Source: a virus
Taxonomy: Duplodnaviria > Caudoviricetes
Virus record (IMG/VR): IMGVR_UViG_3300033075_001437
Coordinates: 42,867 to 106,866 of that record
DNA length: 64,000 nucleotides
Reading direction: 5' to 3' (one strand)
Shown: positions 1-9,191 of the stretch, piece after piece
How the letters are laid out: the number at the start of each line of letters is the position of its first letter
Numbering within the stretch: the stretch's first letter is position 1
Notes under the pieces: model-generated
Seen by the model: only the letters and a program-made list of their open reading frames with translations
Database searches by the model: none
What the model was told of the DNA's origin: nothing
Position numbers and translations under genes: made by a program

Positions 1-409
1 TGTTAAAAGCTAAATCATTTTTAACCAATTGTTGATCTGCCTCAACAATATTCTTAACTTGATCGACAGATAATTTTACATTTTTGTTCGCAGCCTCCTC
101 TTGGACAATTTTAGTAGCTTCACCACGTCTAATTTTAAGCTGTCTTTCGGCAGCAGTAACCATGAATTTAACTTCAGAATAAACCGCAGCCCAAAAAGCA
201 TATTGAGCTGGTATACTCTCCATTTGCGTTTCTAATATTTCATAATCAAGATCAAGATCAGGCAACATACTAACATCTATAGATTGGCTTTTGCCGTTTT
301 CATCTTTAGATGGTAATGTAATATTAAATTTAAATAATGTTGAACCAGCTAATTCTGGCGGAATATTTTCGTCAACCCAAGAAGGTCGATTTTTATCACT
401 ATCACTCAT
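1..409 (-). CDS. UvsY-like recombination mediator (runs off the window edge)
   Basis: Manual translation from ATG at 409: MSDSDKNRPSW...PDLDLDYEILETQMESIPAQYAFWAAVYSEVK..., a helical pattern like phage UvsY-type proteins. Its start overlaps the polA-like stop (ATGA). Not in the ORF track. Confidence 0.45.
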   Translation of the reverse strand, partial: MSDSDKNRPSWVDENIPPELAGSTLFKFNITLPSKDENGKSQSIDVSMLPDLDLDYEILETQMESIPAQYAFWAAVYSEVKFMVTAAERQLKIRRGEATKIVQEEAANKNVKLSVDQVKNIVEADQQLVKNDLAFN

Positions 410-1608
410 ATTTTTATTACATCAGTCAGATTTGCAACTATTTCAGCTTTGTTTACTTTATGTACTTCACAAAGCTCCCACTCTCTCCATTTTTCACCAA
501 TACTTACTTTTAACGGGAAAAAAACATCAAATTTATCAAAAGGCTTAGACATAATGCTGACTACATTATTGATAATATATCTAATCAAAGTAATATCTTT
601 AGGAACAGATAATATTATAGAGTCATGGATATCGCCTATAATATATTCCGGAAATAATTTAAAAACTTTATAAATCACATTGTGCATAGCGTGTGCTACA
701 GACCCTTGCATGGATGCATTAAAAATAGATAATTTAGAATCAGATCTATACACTTTGCCAAGTATTGATTTAAAATAGTTATTAGAAGCTATAAAATCAT
801 TAGAATTATTGACCCATTTGTATAAATCACTATAAACATCAATTATTGGCTCATATTCAACAGACATCGAATTAATAGACATCAATAAAAATTTCTTGCA
901 TTCATCTCTCATAATGTTTCCGTCGCTATTACTATTTATAATATCGGCTAAATATTGATATGGATCTGACACTTCAAACGATTTATGCAGATTACTATCA
1001 TTTGATAATATAGATGCTATACGAATATCGGCACATATCCAATCAAAATGCAATAGTAACCCGTTCTCTGTTTTAACATTTGATATTTTAGCTTTATCAG
1101 TAAAACCTTGAATATTAAAACCACAAGATTTAGACCTACCAGTGAATGTTTCTAACGACCAATTAGGATAAACTAAATCATAATTGTACATTAAGCCATT
1201 TTTATTTAAATAATTATAAGCAAATGAAGCATTAGCTTTTAATTTGTTATATTCAGTTAATTCAACATTATCGAGTTTATCAAGAAATAAGTTTATAACT
1301 TTTATGTAATCGTCAAAAGACCCGTATTGTTTATCTAATCTTAGACTAATATCATAAAAATTTCCTTCGGCATCAACAATGTCAAACGCATTTATAAATT
1401 TTATAATATCATTGCATATAATATCTATCTTGCCAAAAAACTTTGATACTAACTCCTTAATAGAATTAAAATCATTTATAACATCAATAAGTTTTCTATT
1501 GTTACCTTTACGATATAAATCTTTAAATATTCTTTTACCATTTACAGATATACCTATAACTGCTACACTTTCATTTTCATATACAACAAAAATAGACGCT
1601 CTTAACAT
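406..1608 (-). CDS. Minimal family A DNA polymerase-like protein (no recognisable exonuclease domains)
   Basis: TFTGRSKS; motif A HFDWICADIRIASILSND; motif B RDECKKFLLMSINS; NASMQGSVAH; motif C IHDSIIL; only 400 aa. Confidence 0.8.
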   Translation of the reverse strand: MLRASIFVVYENESVAVIGISVNGKRIFKDLYRKGNNRKLIDVINDFNSIKELVSKFFGKIDIICNDIIKFINAFDIVDAEGNFYDISLRLDKQYGSFDDYIKVINLFLDKLDNVELTEYNKLKANASFAYNYLNKNGLMYNYDLVYPNWSLETFTGRSKSCGFNIQGFTDKAKISNVKTENGLLLHFDWICADIRIASILSNDSNLHKSFEVSDPYQYLADIINSNSDGNIMRDECKKFLLMSINSMSVEYEPIIDVYSDLYKWVNNSNDFIASNNYFKSILGKVYRSDSKLSIFNASMQGSVAHAMHNVIYKVFKLFPEYIIGDIHDSIILSVPKDITLIRYIINNVVSIMSKPFDKFDVFFPLKVSIGEKWREWELCEVHKVNKAEIVANLTDVIKI

Positions 1609-1648
1609 ATATTACGATACATAAAACAATGACAATTTAAAATTAACA

Positions 1649-3247
1649 TTATAAATATTGTTTCGGAATCCTAAACCTCTTATCTATTAATTCATTGCCA
1701 CTCATGTGGCCGTTTGGAAACATTATCGTAGTTTGATAATTCAAATCAACCATGAATTGTAGTCTTTTTCTGGAATGTTCATATAAATATTTATTACATC
1801 TATAATAAAAATCAAATACCCTGCTCATGCCTGATTCATTAACACGTAATGCACGTCCGACCTTTTGCAAAAATTCCGATCTTAATTTACCGCCAGTTGT
1901 TATTATCAAATTGTCACAGCCGCCCTTTAAATCCAACCCTCTATTTATTATTTTTCCACCTATTAAAACGTCTAATTCTTTTCTTTCAAAAGCTCTTAAA
2001 GCTAAATCTCTATTCTTTTTAGATGTTTTGCCATGTATAAAATCGCATCTGATATTATTTTCAGCAAGAATTTTGTTTAGTGATTCTCCAAGATTGTCTC
2101 TATCAACTATTATCAAAGAATTGTTATTTGTTTTAACGAAACTCGAACACATATTTTTAATAAGCGTATGAAAATTATTGTTATTAACTATCCAATCATT
2201 TATTGCTATATCATATGCAGAACAATCTTTAATAGACCCGCTCATGCCAAAAGCTATCATGATATAATGGCACGGTATAATTCTGCCAAGATTTTGAACA
2301 GTCTCAAGATTTTCTTGAAAGACTATAGAACCAAGATGTTCTTGAACAGTTAAAGCTTCAACTGGCTTATCTTCATCTATCGGAGTAGCTGAAAAACCAA
2401 AACGCTTACGCCCAGTAAACCACTTCTTAAAAATATCCTTCCAAACACCGCTGACAGATCTATCACATTCATCGGCAATTATCATTTCAGCATTTAAAAT
2501 ATATTCACGTAATTTCTTAGCATTTAACAATCTAGTTTTATATGCTTTAATCTTAGTCCTATATTTATTCTCAGCTTTAATAAATTCTTCTTCATTCTTA
2601 AATTCGCTCAATTTCGGAGCAGATGGTAATTTGTTTGGCAGCATTAATGATTGCGCCGAACCGACAACTATAAGTTGACCGTTAGGACGCTTGCCAGCAT
2701 AAAACACACCAACATCATCGACAACATCACGTAGTTCAAGCCTTGCCTTTATTTGATCCACTATAACTTTCATATCAGCTAATATAACTGTAGGGCATTT
2801 TATTGCCTTGCATAAACCAGATATGATTTCTGTCTTGCCACTTCCAGTAGGCAATTGATAAATGCCACAATCAATAGAAAGACTTTTTTTAATAGCATTT
2901 ATCTGATATTCTTCCAACTTAATACCTGGGAGATAATCAGAAGTTATTTCACTTTGGTCAGCAATTTTATGCTCAAATTGTTGCCTCTCATCAATCACAA
3001 CAAGAGGTAAATTAAATTTTTCGCACACCTGCCTCAAATATGCAAGCAATGGTCTAGCTATTCTTTTTCTCAATCTGTTATATTTTCGATGTATACCATC
3101 CCATTTAACTTGCATTGGGTCAATATATTTATTATCTTTAGAAACGCTAAAATTATTCCAAATTATATCTTCTTCGTATGTAGTTATATTGTTTAAATAA
3201 ATCCAAACATTATCTCTAATTATAGCATCCATTTTTTCTTTCAACAA
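1649..3247 (-). CDS. SF2 helicase, UvsW-like
   Basis: LPTGSGKT, IADECD, FSATP, RGLDL, QKVGRALR motifs. Confidence 0.85.
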   Translation of the reverse strand: MLKEKMDAIIRDNVWIYLNNITTYEEDIIWNNFSVSKDNKYIDPMQVKWDGIHRKYNRLRKRIARPLLAYLRQVCEKFNLPLVVIDERQQFEHKIADQSEITSDYLPGIKLEEYQINAIKKSLSIDCGIYQLPTGSGKTEIISGLCKAIKCPTVILADMKVIVDQIKARLELRDVVDDVGVFYAGKRPNGQLIVVGSAQSLMLPNKLPSAPKLSEFKNEEEFIKAENKYRTKIKAYKTRLLNAKKLREYILNAEMIIADECDRSVSGVWKDIFKKWFTGRKRFGFSATPIDEDKPVEALTVQEHLGSIVFQENLETVQNLGRIIPCHYIMIAFGMSGSIKDCSAYDIAINDWIVNNNNFHTLIKNMCSSFVKTNNNSLIIVDRDNLGESLNKILAENNIRCDFIHGKTSKKNRDLALRAFERKELDVLIGGKIINRGLDLKGGCDNLIITTGGKLRSEFLQKVGRALRVNESGMSRVFDFYYRCNKYLYEHSRKRLQFMVDLNYQTTIMFPNGHMSGNELIDKRFRIPKQYL

Positions 3248-4221
3248 TTACTTATCACTAAATTAACAAATCCATCTAAATTATTGTAATACCAAAATTC
3301 CTTACCAGCAGTTCTTATAATACGTGACGATATCGCTTCGCTGTTAACAACTTCAAACCATTTGATATCTTTCTTACAATAATTAGAATTACAATAATTA
3401 GATAAACCAGAACTAACACTTATAAACATATCACATTTATTAAACAAACACGCACACTCTCGTAAAGATAAATCTCCTACAAATACTACCTTATTGCCAT
3501 ACCTCTCACTCAACGTCTTAATTTCACCAGTAAATTCTCTCTTACTTATAAAGATAGTAGAATTTTCCTTATGCGACAAGAATCTCTCAACAAAAACCAT
3601 AGTCCAATTACAATCCCATTGTGATTGCCCGCTCTCACCGTGAACCTCCATAAGAACTTTATAACTATTCTTATTTGGCAAACTATTATAATAATTGTCA
3701 ATCTTGTCTATTTCACATTGATATGGATTAAGCACTAATTCTAAAGGCAATTCATATGGTATATCGTGATCTTCTAAACCTCTTATCCATGAGCACATAA
3801 AACTAGTGCCAAGTTCACCATGTTTAATACTAGTCCAACTATCAGGGCAAAACATTGGATGTTTTGATATCACAAACTTATCTTTTAACTTTTCCAATAA
3901 TAAAAGTGTCAAATTTAACGCTTCATTTTTACTACTTGATTGATATTCTACCAATTTGTCTATATATGGATTGTTATAAAACGCTGAAGCATATAAAGTA
4001 GATGTATGAACAACAATATTATTATTTTCATACTTATTTCTTATAGGTTTAAGCATTAATGTAGATATCATATTGTCACCATAACAACCAGTTTGTATAA
4101 TATTTATATCACACAATGGTTTTTTATCGGCGACTGTAGTTTTAGCTACTATCAAGTTGCTATTCCTAGCTCTAAGTATTTTAGGCATCTTTTTAACTAA
4201 AAGTTTTTTGTAATTCGTCAT
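3241..4221 (-). CDS. GT9-like glycosyltransferase (probable start near 4188)
   Basis: YGDNMIST..LKPIR, FYNNPYIDK, LSLRECACLFNKCDMFISVSSG; lies in a glycan gene cluster. Confidence 0.55.
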   Translation of the reverse strand: MTNYKKLLVKKMPKILRARNSNLIVAKTTVADKKPLCDINIIQTGCYGDNMISTLMLKPIRNKYENNNIVVHTSTLYASAFYNNPYIDKLVEYQSSSKNEALNLTLLLLEKLKDKFVISKHPMFCPDSWTSIKHGELGTSFMCSWIRGLEDHDIPYELPLELVLNPYQCEIDKIDNYYNSLPNKNSYKVLMEVHGESGQSQWDCNWTMVFVERFLSHKENSTIFISKREFTGEIKTLSERYGNKVVFVGDLSLRECACLFNKCDMFISVSSGLSNYCNSNYCKKDIKWFEVVNSEAISSRIIRTAGKEFWYYNNLDGFVNLVISNC

Positions 4222-4984
4222 TATTGTGAACCCAAACTAAATTGTTGTGCCACTTCAATGCATTTATTCTATATTCATACTTATAATAAGTATCGACCCA
4301 CATGGCTATTATCATTCTTGGTTGATACTCATGCCGTAACGCTAATGATGCACAAAAGAAACCAGAGCCGACAGAATAAAATTTATCAGCTAACCTCATC
4401 AACATTATAACTTCACGTCTAGTATATTTTGATAAATCAACAGTTCCATTAGGAGCTTTACTATGACTTAACCACAATATCCTATGCGTATTTTTATAAT
4501 TATTTATAATAGATTCTATGTGTTCACTTTTAGTCCAACTTTGCAATGAGTTATAAACAGATTCTATAGCTATCGTAGGAGCATCGTTAAAATCTCTATA
4601 TACATCTAATTCATTTTTAGATGGTATAAATATAGGGCGCTGATCAAAATCGTTTAAACCTAATTCTCTACCAACATATAATGGTGTATCTATTAGCGAA
4701 TGATCAGCATATTTGTCGTTATATTCAACAAACTTTATATTTTGTGTTATTTGATGGTAAACATCATATCCAAGTTGCGTAGCTTTTGTAGATCCATCAT
4801 TTAAATTGTCTATAATTACAATCTTGTTTATAAATTCTATATTTTGTAATGCATCAGCATACTGCTTTCTAATAGCTACGTCAACTTTAATTCCATAATG
4901 TGAACTTATAGATTTTATTAATGGCAAATTAAATAATATATCGCCAAATGAATGCGCTGATTCTACCAATATTTTTTTAGGCAT
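4193..4984 (-). CDS. GT9-like glycosyltransferase
   Basis: SFGDILFNLPLIKSI, VDLSKYTRREVIMLMRLADKFYSVGSG. Confidence 0.55.
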   Translation of the reverse strand: MPKKILVESAHSFGDILFNLPLIKSISSHYGIKVDVAIRKQYADALQNIEFINKIVIIDNLNDGSTKATQLGYDVYHQITQNIKFVEYNDKYADHSLIDTPLYVGRELGLNDFDQRPIFIPSKNELDVYRDFNDAPTIAIESVYNSLQSWTKSEHIESIINNYKNTHRILWLSHSKAPNGTVDLSKYTRREVIMLMRLADKFYSVGSGFFCASLALRHEYQPRMIIAMWVDTYYKYEYRINALKWHNNLVWVHNNDELQKTFS

Positions 4985-5675
4985 TTTTATATTGGTTCAC
5001 TAAAGTATGATATAAGTTCCATTCATGTTCGTTTATCGATTTGTTCCACAAATTTTCACCATTTCTCCACAGATAACAAGCTAAATATTCTCTAACCCAC
5101 ACAAATTTAGCTTGACCTTTATAGTAACATCTGGCCCACCATTCAGCATCTCCAAGTGCTTTAAAATCTTTATTAAAATATCCGTATTTTGTATGTAATT
5201 GGCTCTTCCATAATGGAAAATGGCCGACACCAGACTTATCTAAATCACCACAATAATGTCCTGGGCTGCCTGTTCTGTCTGTTTCTTTCAATTCAGACCA
5301 CTTTTGATTTTCTAAAGCAGTGACTAACCAGCTAGGATATGCAAAGTCACTATTATTCAGCTCTATAGTGGATATTAATTTCTCATAACAATTATTAGAA
5401 ACAATATCATCGGTGTTCGCATTTGTCAGATATTTTGAATTCGATTCTTTAATAGCTATATTCCAAGCTTCATAAACCGACACACGATTGTCTAATTTTA
5501 TATATTTAACATTATATCTCTTCGGTATGATATCATCGTCAACGTCTGGGCTGTCAGCATTTACACATATTATATCCATATCACCTATAATTGACGATTG
5601 AAATAGATTGTGTAATCTATTATCTAACCATCTGCCAGAATTATATAACGAAATGATTGCTGTTAACGATTTCAT
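4977..5675 (-). CDS. GT2 family glycosyltransferase
   Basis: AIISLYN, VYEAWNIAIKES..KYLTNANTDD, GDAEWWAR. Confidence 0.8.
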   Translation of the reverse strand: MKSLTAIISLYNSGRWLDNRLHNLFQSSIIGDMDIICVNADSPDVDDDIIPKRYNVKYIKLDNRVSVYEAWNIAIKESNSKYLTNANTDDIVSNNCYEKLISTIELNNSDFAYPSWLVTALENQKWSELKETDRTGSPGHYCGDLDKSGVGHFPLWKSQLHTKYGYFNKDFKALGDAEWWARCYYKGQAKFVWVREYLACYLWRNGENLWNKSINEHEWNLYHTLVNQYKNA

Positions 5676-6588
5676 CTAGATACCATTTAATTGTTTGTCT
5701 TAAACCATCTCTCAAATTTGTCTTAGCTCTGAAACCAAAATTGCTAAAAGACTTTGATACATCTAAGCATCGTTTTGGTTGACCGTCTGGTTTTGCACTA
5801 TCATATAACACAGTCGTATTATAATCAATTTCTTCTAAAATTATTTCAAGCAAGTTTTTAATAGATATTTCATTTCCAGACCCTAAGTTTACAGGTTCTG
5901 AAGAATTATAATTACATAAAGCTAAATATAACCCTTCGGCAGCATCTTTAGCGTATAAAAATTCACGTGTCGCTGATCCTGTTCCCCAACATTCGACAGC
6001 TTCATTCATCTGTTTCGCTTTAATGCACTTTTTAATCAAAGCTGGAATGACATGTGAAGTGTTTAAATCAAAATTATCATGCTTACCATACAGGTTAACT
6101 GGCAATATAAATATCGCATTAATATTATATTGTTTTCTATACGCTAACGTTCCAAAATATGAGTTTAATTTCGCAACCCCATAACTGGCATTAGATTCTT
6201 CTGGAAAACCATAATGCATTAAGTATTCTTCCTTGAATGGCGTTGGGCAAGAATGTGCGTATGAACACACTGTGCCAAGCATGAGTAATTTTTTCAATCC
6301 TGTTTTAACAGCAGCGTCTAATACGCAAGTCGATATTCTAGTTGTAGCTGACCATAAATCTGCTGGATTTGTTTTATTTAAACCTATTCCACCACATTGT
6401 GCAGCTAAATTTATGACAGCATCTATGTTATTGTTTTGTATCCATTTTACTAATTCTTTTGTATTTTGGGCATCAACGCCTGTGCGTCTGCTGCCAACTA
6501 CATATTCGATATTATTTTCTTTAAAATATTCCGATATATTTGTGCCTAAGAAACCAGTGCCGCCTAAAATGCCTATTTTATTGTACAT
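5641..6588 (-). CDS. fcl: GDP-L-fucose synthase
   Basis: GGTGFLG, GGIGLN..NPAD, LGTVCSY, YGVAK, PVNLYG..DNFD..TSHVIPALIKK, WGTGSATREFLY, KPDGQPKR. Confidence 0.9.
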   Translation of the reverse strand: MYNKIGILGGTGFLGTNISEYFKENNIEYVVGSRRTGVDAQNTKELVKWIQNNNIDAVINLAAQCGGIGLNKTNPADLWSATTRISTCVLDAAVKTGLKKLLMLGTVCSYAHSCPTPFKEEYLMHYGFPEESNASYGVAKLNSYFGTLAYRKQYNINAIFILPVNLYGKHDNFDLNTSHVIPALIKKCIKAKQMNEAVECWGTGSATREFLYAKDAAEGLYLALCNYNSSEPVNLGSGNEISIKNLLEIILEEIDYNTTVLYDSAKPDGQPKRCLDVSKSFSNFGFRAKTNLRDGLRQTIKWYLDEIVNSNHFVI

Positions 6589-6598
6589 GCATTATGTA

Positions 6599-6865
6599 CT
6601 ACTCACCAAGCTTTTTCAAAGCTTCATCCCGTTCTCTTCGCGTAGCCTCTAAATCAAATTGCAAATTTAACACTATCAACCTAATGTCTTCAATAGACAT
6701 AGACACATATTGAGTGTAACCTAAAAATGCCATATTATAATCATTTATAACATTGCAAACTATCTTGCACAATTTAAAAGCTTTGTCTTCGCATATATCA
6801 AGATCTTGACATGTTTTCAACAGTTCTAAAATTATTTCATCGCACTTTTTGTTTAGATCATGCAT
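6599..6865 (-). CDS. Hypothetical protein with coiled-coil C-terminus
   Basis: 88-aa ORF packed between co-oriented genes. Confidence 0.6.
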   Translation of the reverse strand: MHDLNKKCDEIILELLKTCQDLDICEDKAFKLCKIVCNVINDYNMAFLGYTQYVSMSIEDIRLIVLNLQFDLEATRRERDEALKKLGE

Positions 6866-6878
6866 TAGATATGGCCAA

Positions 6879-7259
6879 CTACTTATTGTTTATCATATCT
6901 AAAACTTGAGGGCCAACTACATCCCAATTGACATATGGCCGCCCGCCCATCCTTGGGTTTTCACATATTGGGCAACCAAATGCAGCGTCATCTATATATA
7001 GATGAGCGTAACATTTCGGCGAAGTAGTCCATGTTGATTGTGAAGGATTATTATTATGACCGTCAAATTCAACACCATGTTTTTTACAAAACTCTATAGC
7101 ATCGACTAAATAATCGCCATCGCGCATTGTCCAAAGAAAAAGCGAAGCACCAGCTTGCTTAAAGGCTTTTAACCATTCGAAAGCACCTGGAACTGGCTTG
7201 CCGATTTCTGGATAACAATGGTCAGCTATCGTTCCGTCAAAGTCTACAGCTATTAACAT
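6879..7259 (-). CDS. HAD-family phosphatase (capless type)
   Basis: IAVDFDGTI, LWTMR, PKCYAHLYIDD. Confidence 0.8.
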   Translation of the reverse strand: MLIAVDFDGTIADHCYPEIGKPVPGAFEWLKAFKQAGASLFLWTMRDGDYLVDAIEFCKKHGVEFDGHNNNPSQSTWTTSPKCYAHLYIDDAAFGCPICENPRMGGRPYVNWDVVGPQVLDMINNK

Positions 7260-7277
7260 TTTTTACTCTCTAAATAA

Positions 7278-7349
7278 AGCCGACAATAGGACTTGACCTA
7301 TAACCGGCTAATTACAAATTAGCTGCTCTACCAATTGAGCTATGTTGGT
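7278..7349 (-). tRNA. tRNA-Thr(UGU), possibly degenerate
   Basis: Reverse complement ACCAACA-TAGCTCAATTGGTAGAGC-A-GCTAA-TTTGTAA-TTAGC-CGGTT-ATAGG-TCAAGT-CCTAT-TGTCGGC-T. D and anticodon arms are canonical; the T-loop is 6 nt and the acceptor stem has two A-C mismatches. Confidence 0.8.
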
Positions 7350-7355
7350 GTAATA

Positions 7356-8108
7356 CTATTGTTTTTCAAATCCGTCTTTTACTATTTTTTTACGTTCGAC
7401 ATCTAGGTCTTTAACAGAATACCATATCTTAGCCCTCTTAAAACCATCGATAACTGTATCAGCGATAAATTCATCAACATATAAACTAACTTGCTTTTTG
7501 CCAAGCAGACCATTATATGTGTTGAAACACAACTTTCTAGGGCAATCGCCAACAAATAACAAAATATGTGCTTTAACATCCGTATTTGGATGGTCAAACT
7601 TGATATTGCTTTTAGTATAAAGCTCGCAATTCGGCAAGACTTTTAATGACTCAAAATCTACTGCTATTCTATTTTGTGTGTCGTTTTTCACTGGTGCTTC
7701 CTTAATTTTTTCAGCTTTAATTACTGGCTTTTTAGCATCAATCGAAGCCGGTTTATTTCCAATCCAATATAATTCGTATGAATTACCGCAATTCGGACAA
7801 ACAACGCTGTCAGGTCTGGTTATAGCAATAACGTTCTTACAATTAGAACATATAGCTTTAAAACCATTCGTCGATTCTATAGCGACTATTTTACCTCCAA
7901 CATCGCTTGGCAATACACGCCTTTGATTTACCTTTTGGTGTTTATTCGTCCTAATATTATTTACCAAGACATGCCCTAAACGATCAGATTTAGTAAATCT
8001 TGAATCAGACACTATAGTATATGAATCATCTGAAATCGTACCATTCGGATTTATAACCTTGTATATAAGATTAGAGTCAAATTCTAACCTGCCACCTAAA
8101 TTAGCCAT
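7356..8108 (-). CDS. Hypothetical protein with zinc ribbon
   Basis: CSNC...CPNCG pair; 250-aa ORF. Confidence 0.6.
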   Translation of the reverse strand: MANLGGRLEFDSNLIYKVINPNGTISDDSYTIVSDSRFTKSDRLGHVLVNNIRTNKHQKVNQRRVLPSDVGGKIVAIESTNGFKAICSNCKNVIAITRPDSVVCPNCGNSYELYWIGNKPASIDAKKPVIKAEKIKEAPVKNDTQNRIAVDFESLKVLPNCELYTKSNIKFDHPNTDVKAHILLFVGDCPRKLCFNTYNGLLGKKQVSLYVDEFIADTVIDGFKRAKIWYSVKDLDVERKKIVKDGFEKQ

Positions 8109-8217
8109 GGAAAAACCCTCAGATAAAACACAAGATATATCAAAATCTGTTACATGCGAAGATACAGAAGTTAAAAACGAAAAATACGTTGAATCAGATA
8201 TCTATAAACCGTTCGAA

Positions 8218-8562
8218 TTAACTATTGACATATTCGCTGATACTATACCTAAAATCGCAAATATCACTTAAATCACTAGTTATAGGATATGCATCTATAA
8301 CATAATTTTCAATAGTTTTATCTTCCAATAAAATAGCTTTAAAAACGCTTTTTAAATCCTCAGGCTTCTTACAAACTTGAGAAACAATAGCTGTTGCTTC
8401 ATTGTTATTTTGTAACTCAATTTTTCTAATATCAGCTAAAAATGTGGCTGCCTTACTAAAATTAGTAAAAATAGGTATAACAAATTCATTTCCAATCTTA
8501 ATAGAAAAAATAGATTTAGAATAACCATAAGTTAAGATAGCAACTGGAAATCTAGTAATCAT
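8218..8562 (-). CDS. Hypothetical protein
   Basis: ORF whose start overlaps the nucS stop (ATGA). Confidence 0.55.
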   Translation of the reverse strand: MITRFPVAILTYGYSKSIFSIKIGNEFVIPIFTNFSKAATFLADIRKIELQNNNEATAIVSQVCKKPEDLKSVFKAILLEDKTIENYVIDAYPITSDLSDICDFRYSISEYVNS

Positions 8563-9191
8563 AATTCACCATTGTCAAAATTGTCAAAACCAATTTTCCA
8601 AAAACCAATACCCATACTATTGGCATACTTTTCAGCTTTAGCACCAATATCAGGCGCTGCTAAAATACCTACAACATCGCATATCTTCGAATACTCATCA
8701 ACATATCTCTTAACTTGACTAACATGAGGTGTACTAACTTTTGTCCGTTTAACTTCAATAATATATGTGTTAATATTAGTAAAAACCAAAATATCAACCT
8801 TACCTACACCAACATCTACTTCAGTGCACACATCGATTATATCATATTTAATATAGCTAGTTATATTCCTAACAATTTTATTGACAAGATCACGCTCAGT
8901 ATTGATTATTACAGGTGATTCATTACCCAACAATACATCATTGATCCAATATAATTCATTATAATTAATACATAACTCCTCATTGTTTTTAGCAGCTTTA
9001 ATATGTTTATCATTATGCATAATATTAGCACCAGCAGATAAATAATTAATAGGAGGTGTTAATAAACCATTATGCACCGCTATAGAATTATCATCCTTAA
9101 TGAAAATAATAAGATTAGTGTTATCTATAAAGCTATTAGCTCTACCATCATATTTAACAGAACAATTTGCATAGATCACTTTAGCCATCAA
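8559..9191 (-). CDS. nucS: NucS/EndoMS-like mismatch endonuclease
   Basis: N-terminal ANCSVKYDGRA...IKDDNSIAVH...PINY, then TERDL, GKVDIL, IIEVKR, QVKRY, GILAAPDI (PD-(D/E)XK with RecB-type QxxxY). Confidence 0.75.
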   Translation of the reverse strand: MMAKVIYANCSVKYDGRANSFIDNTNLIIFIKDDNSIAVHNGLLTPPINYLSAGANIMHNDKHIKAAKNNEELCINYNELYWINDVLLGNESPVIINTERDLVNKIVRNITSYIKYDIIDVCTEVDVGVGKVDILVFTNINTYIIEVKRTKVSTPHVSQVKRYVDEYSKICDVVGILAAPDIGAKAEKYANSMGIGFWKIGFDNFDNGEL

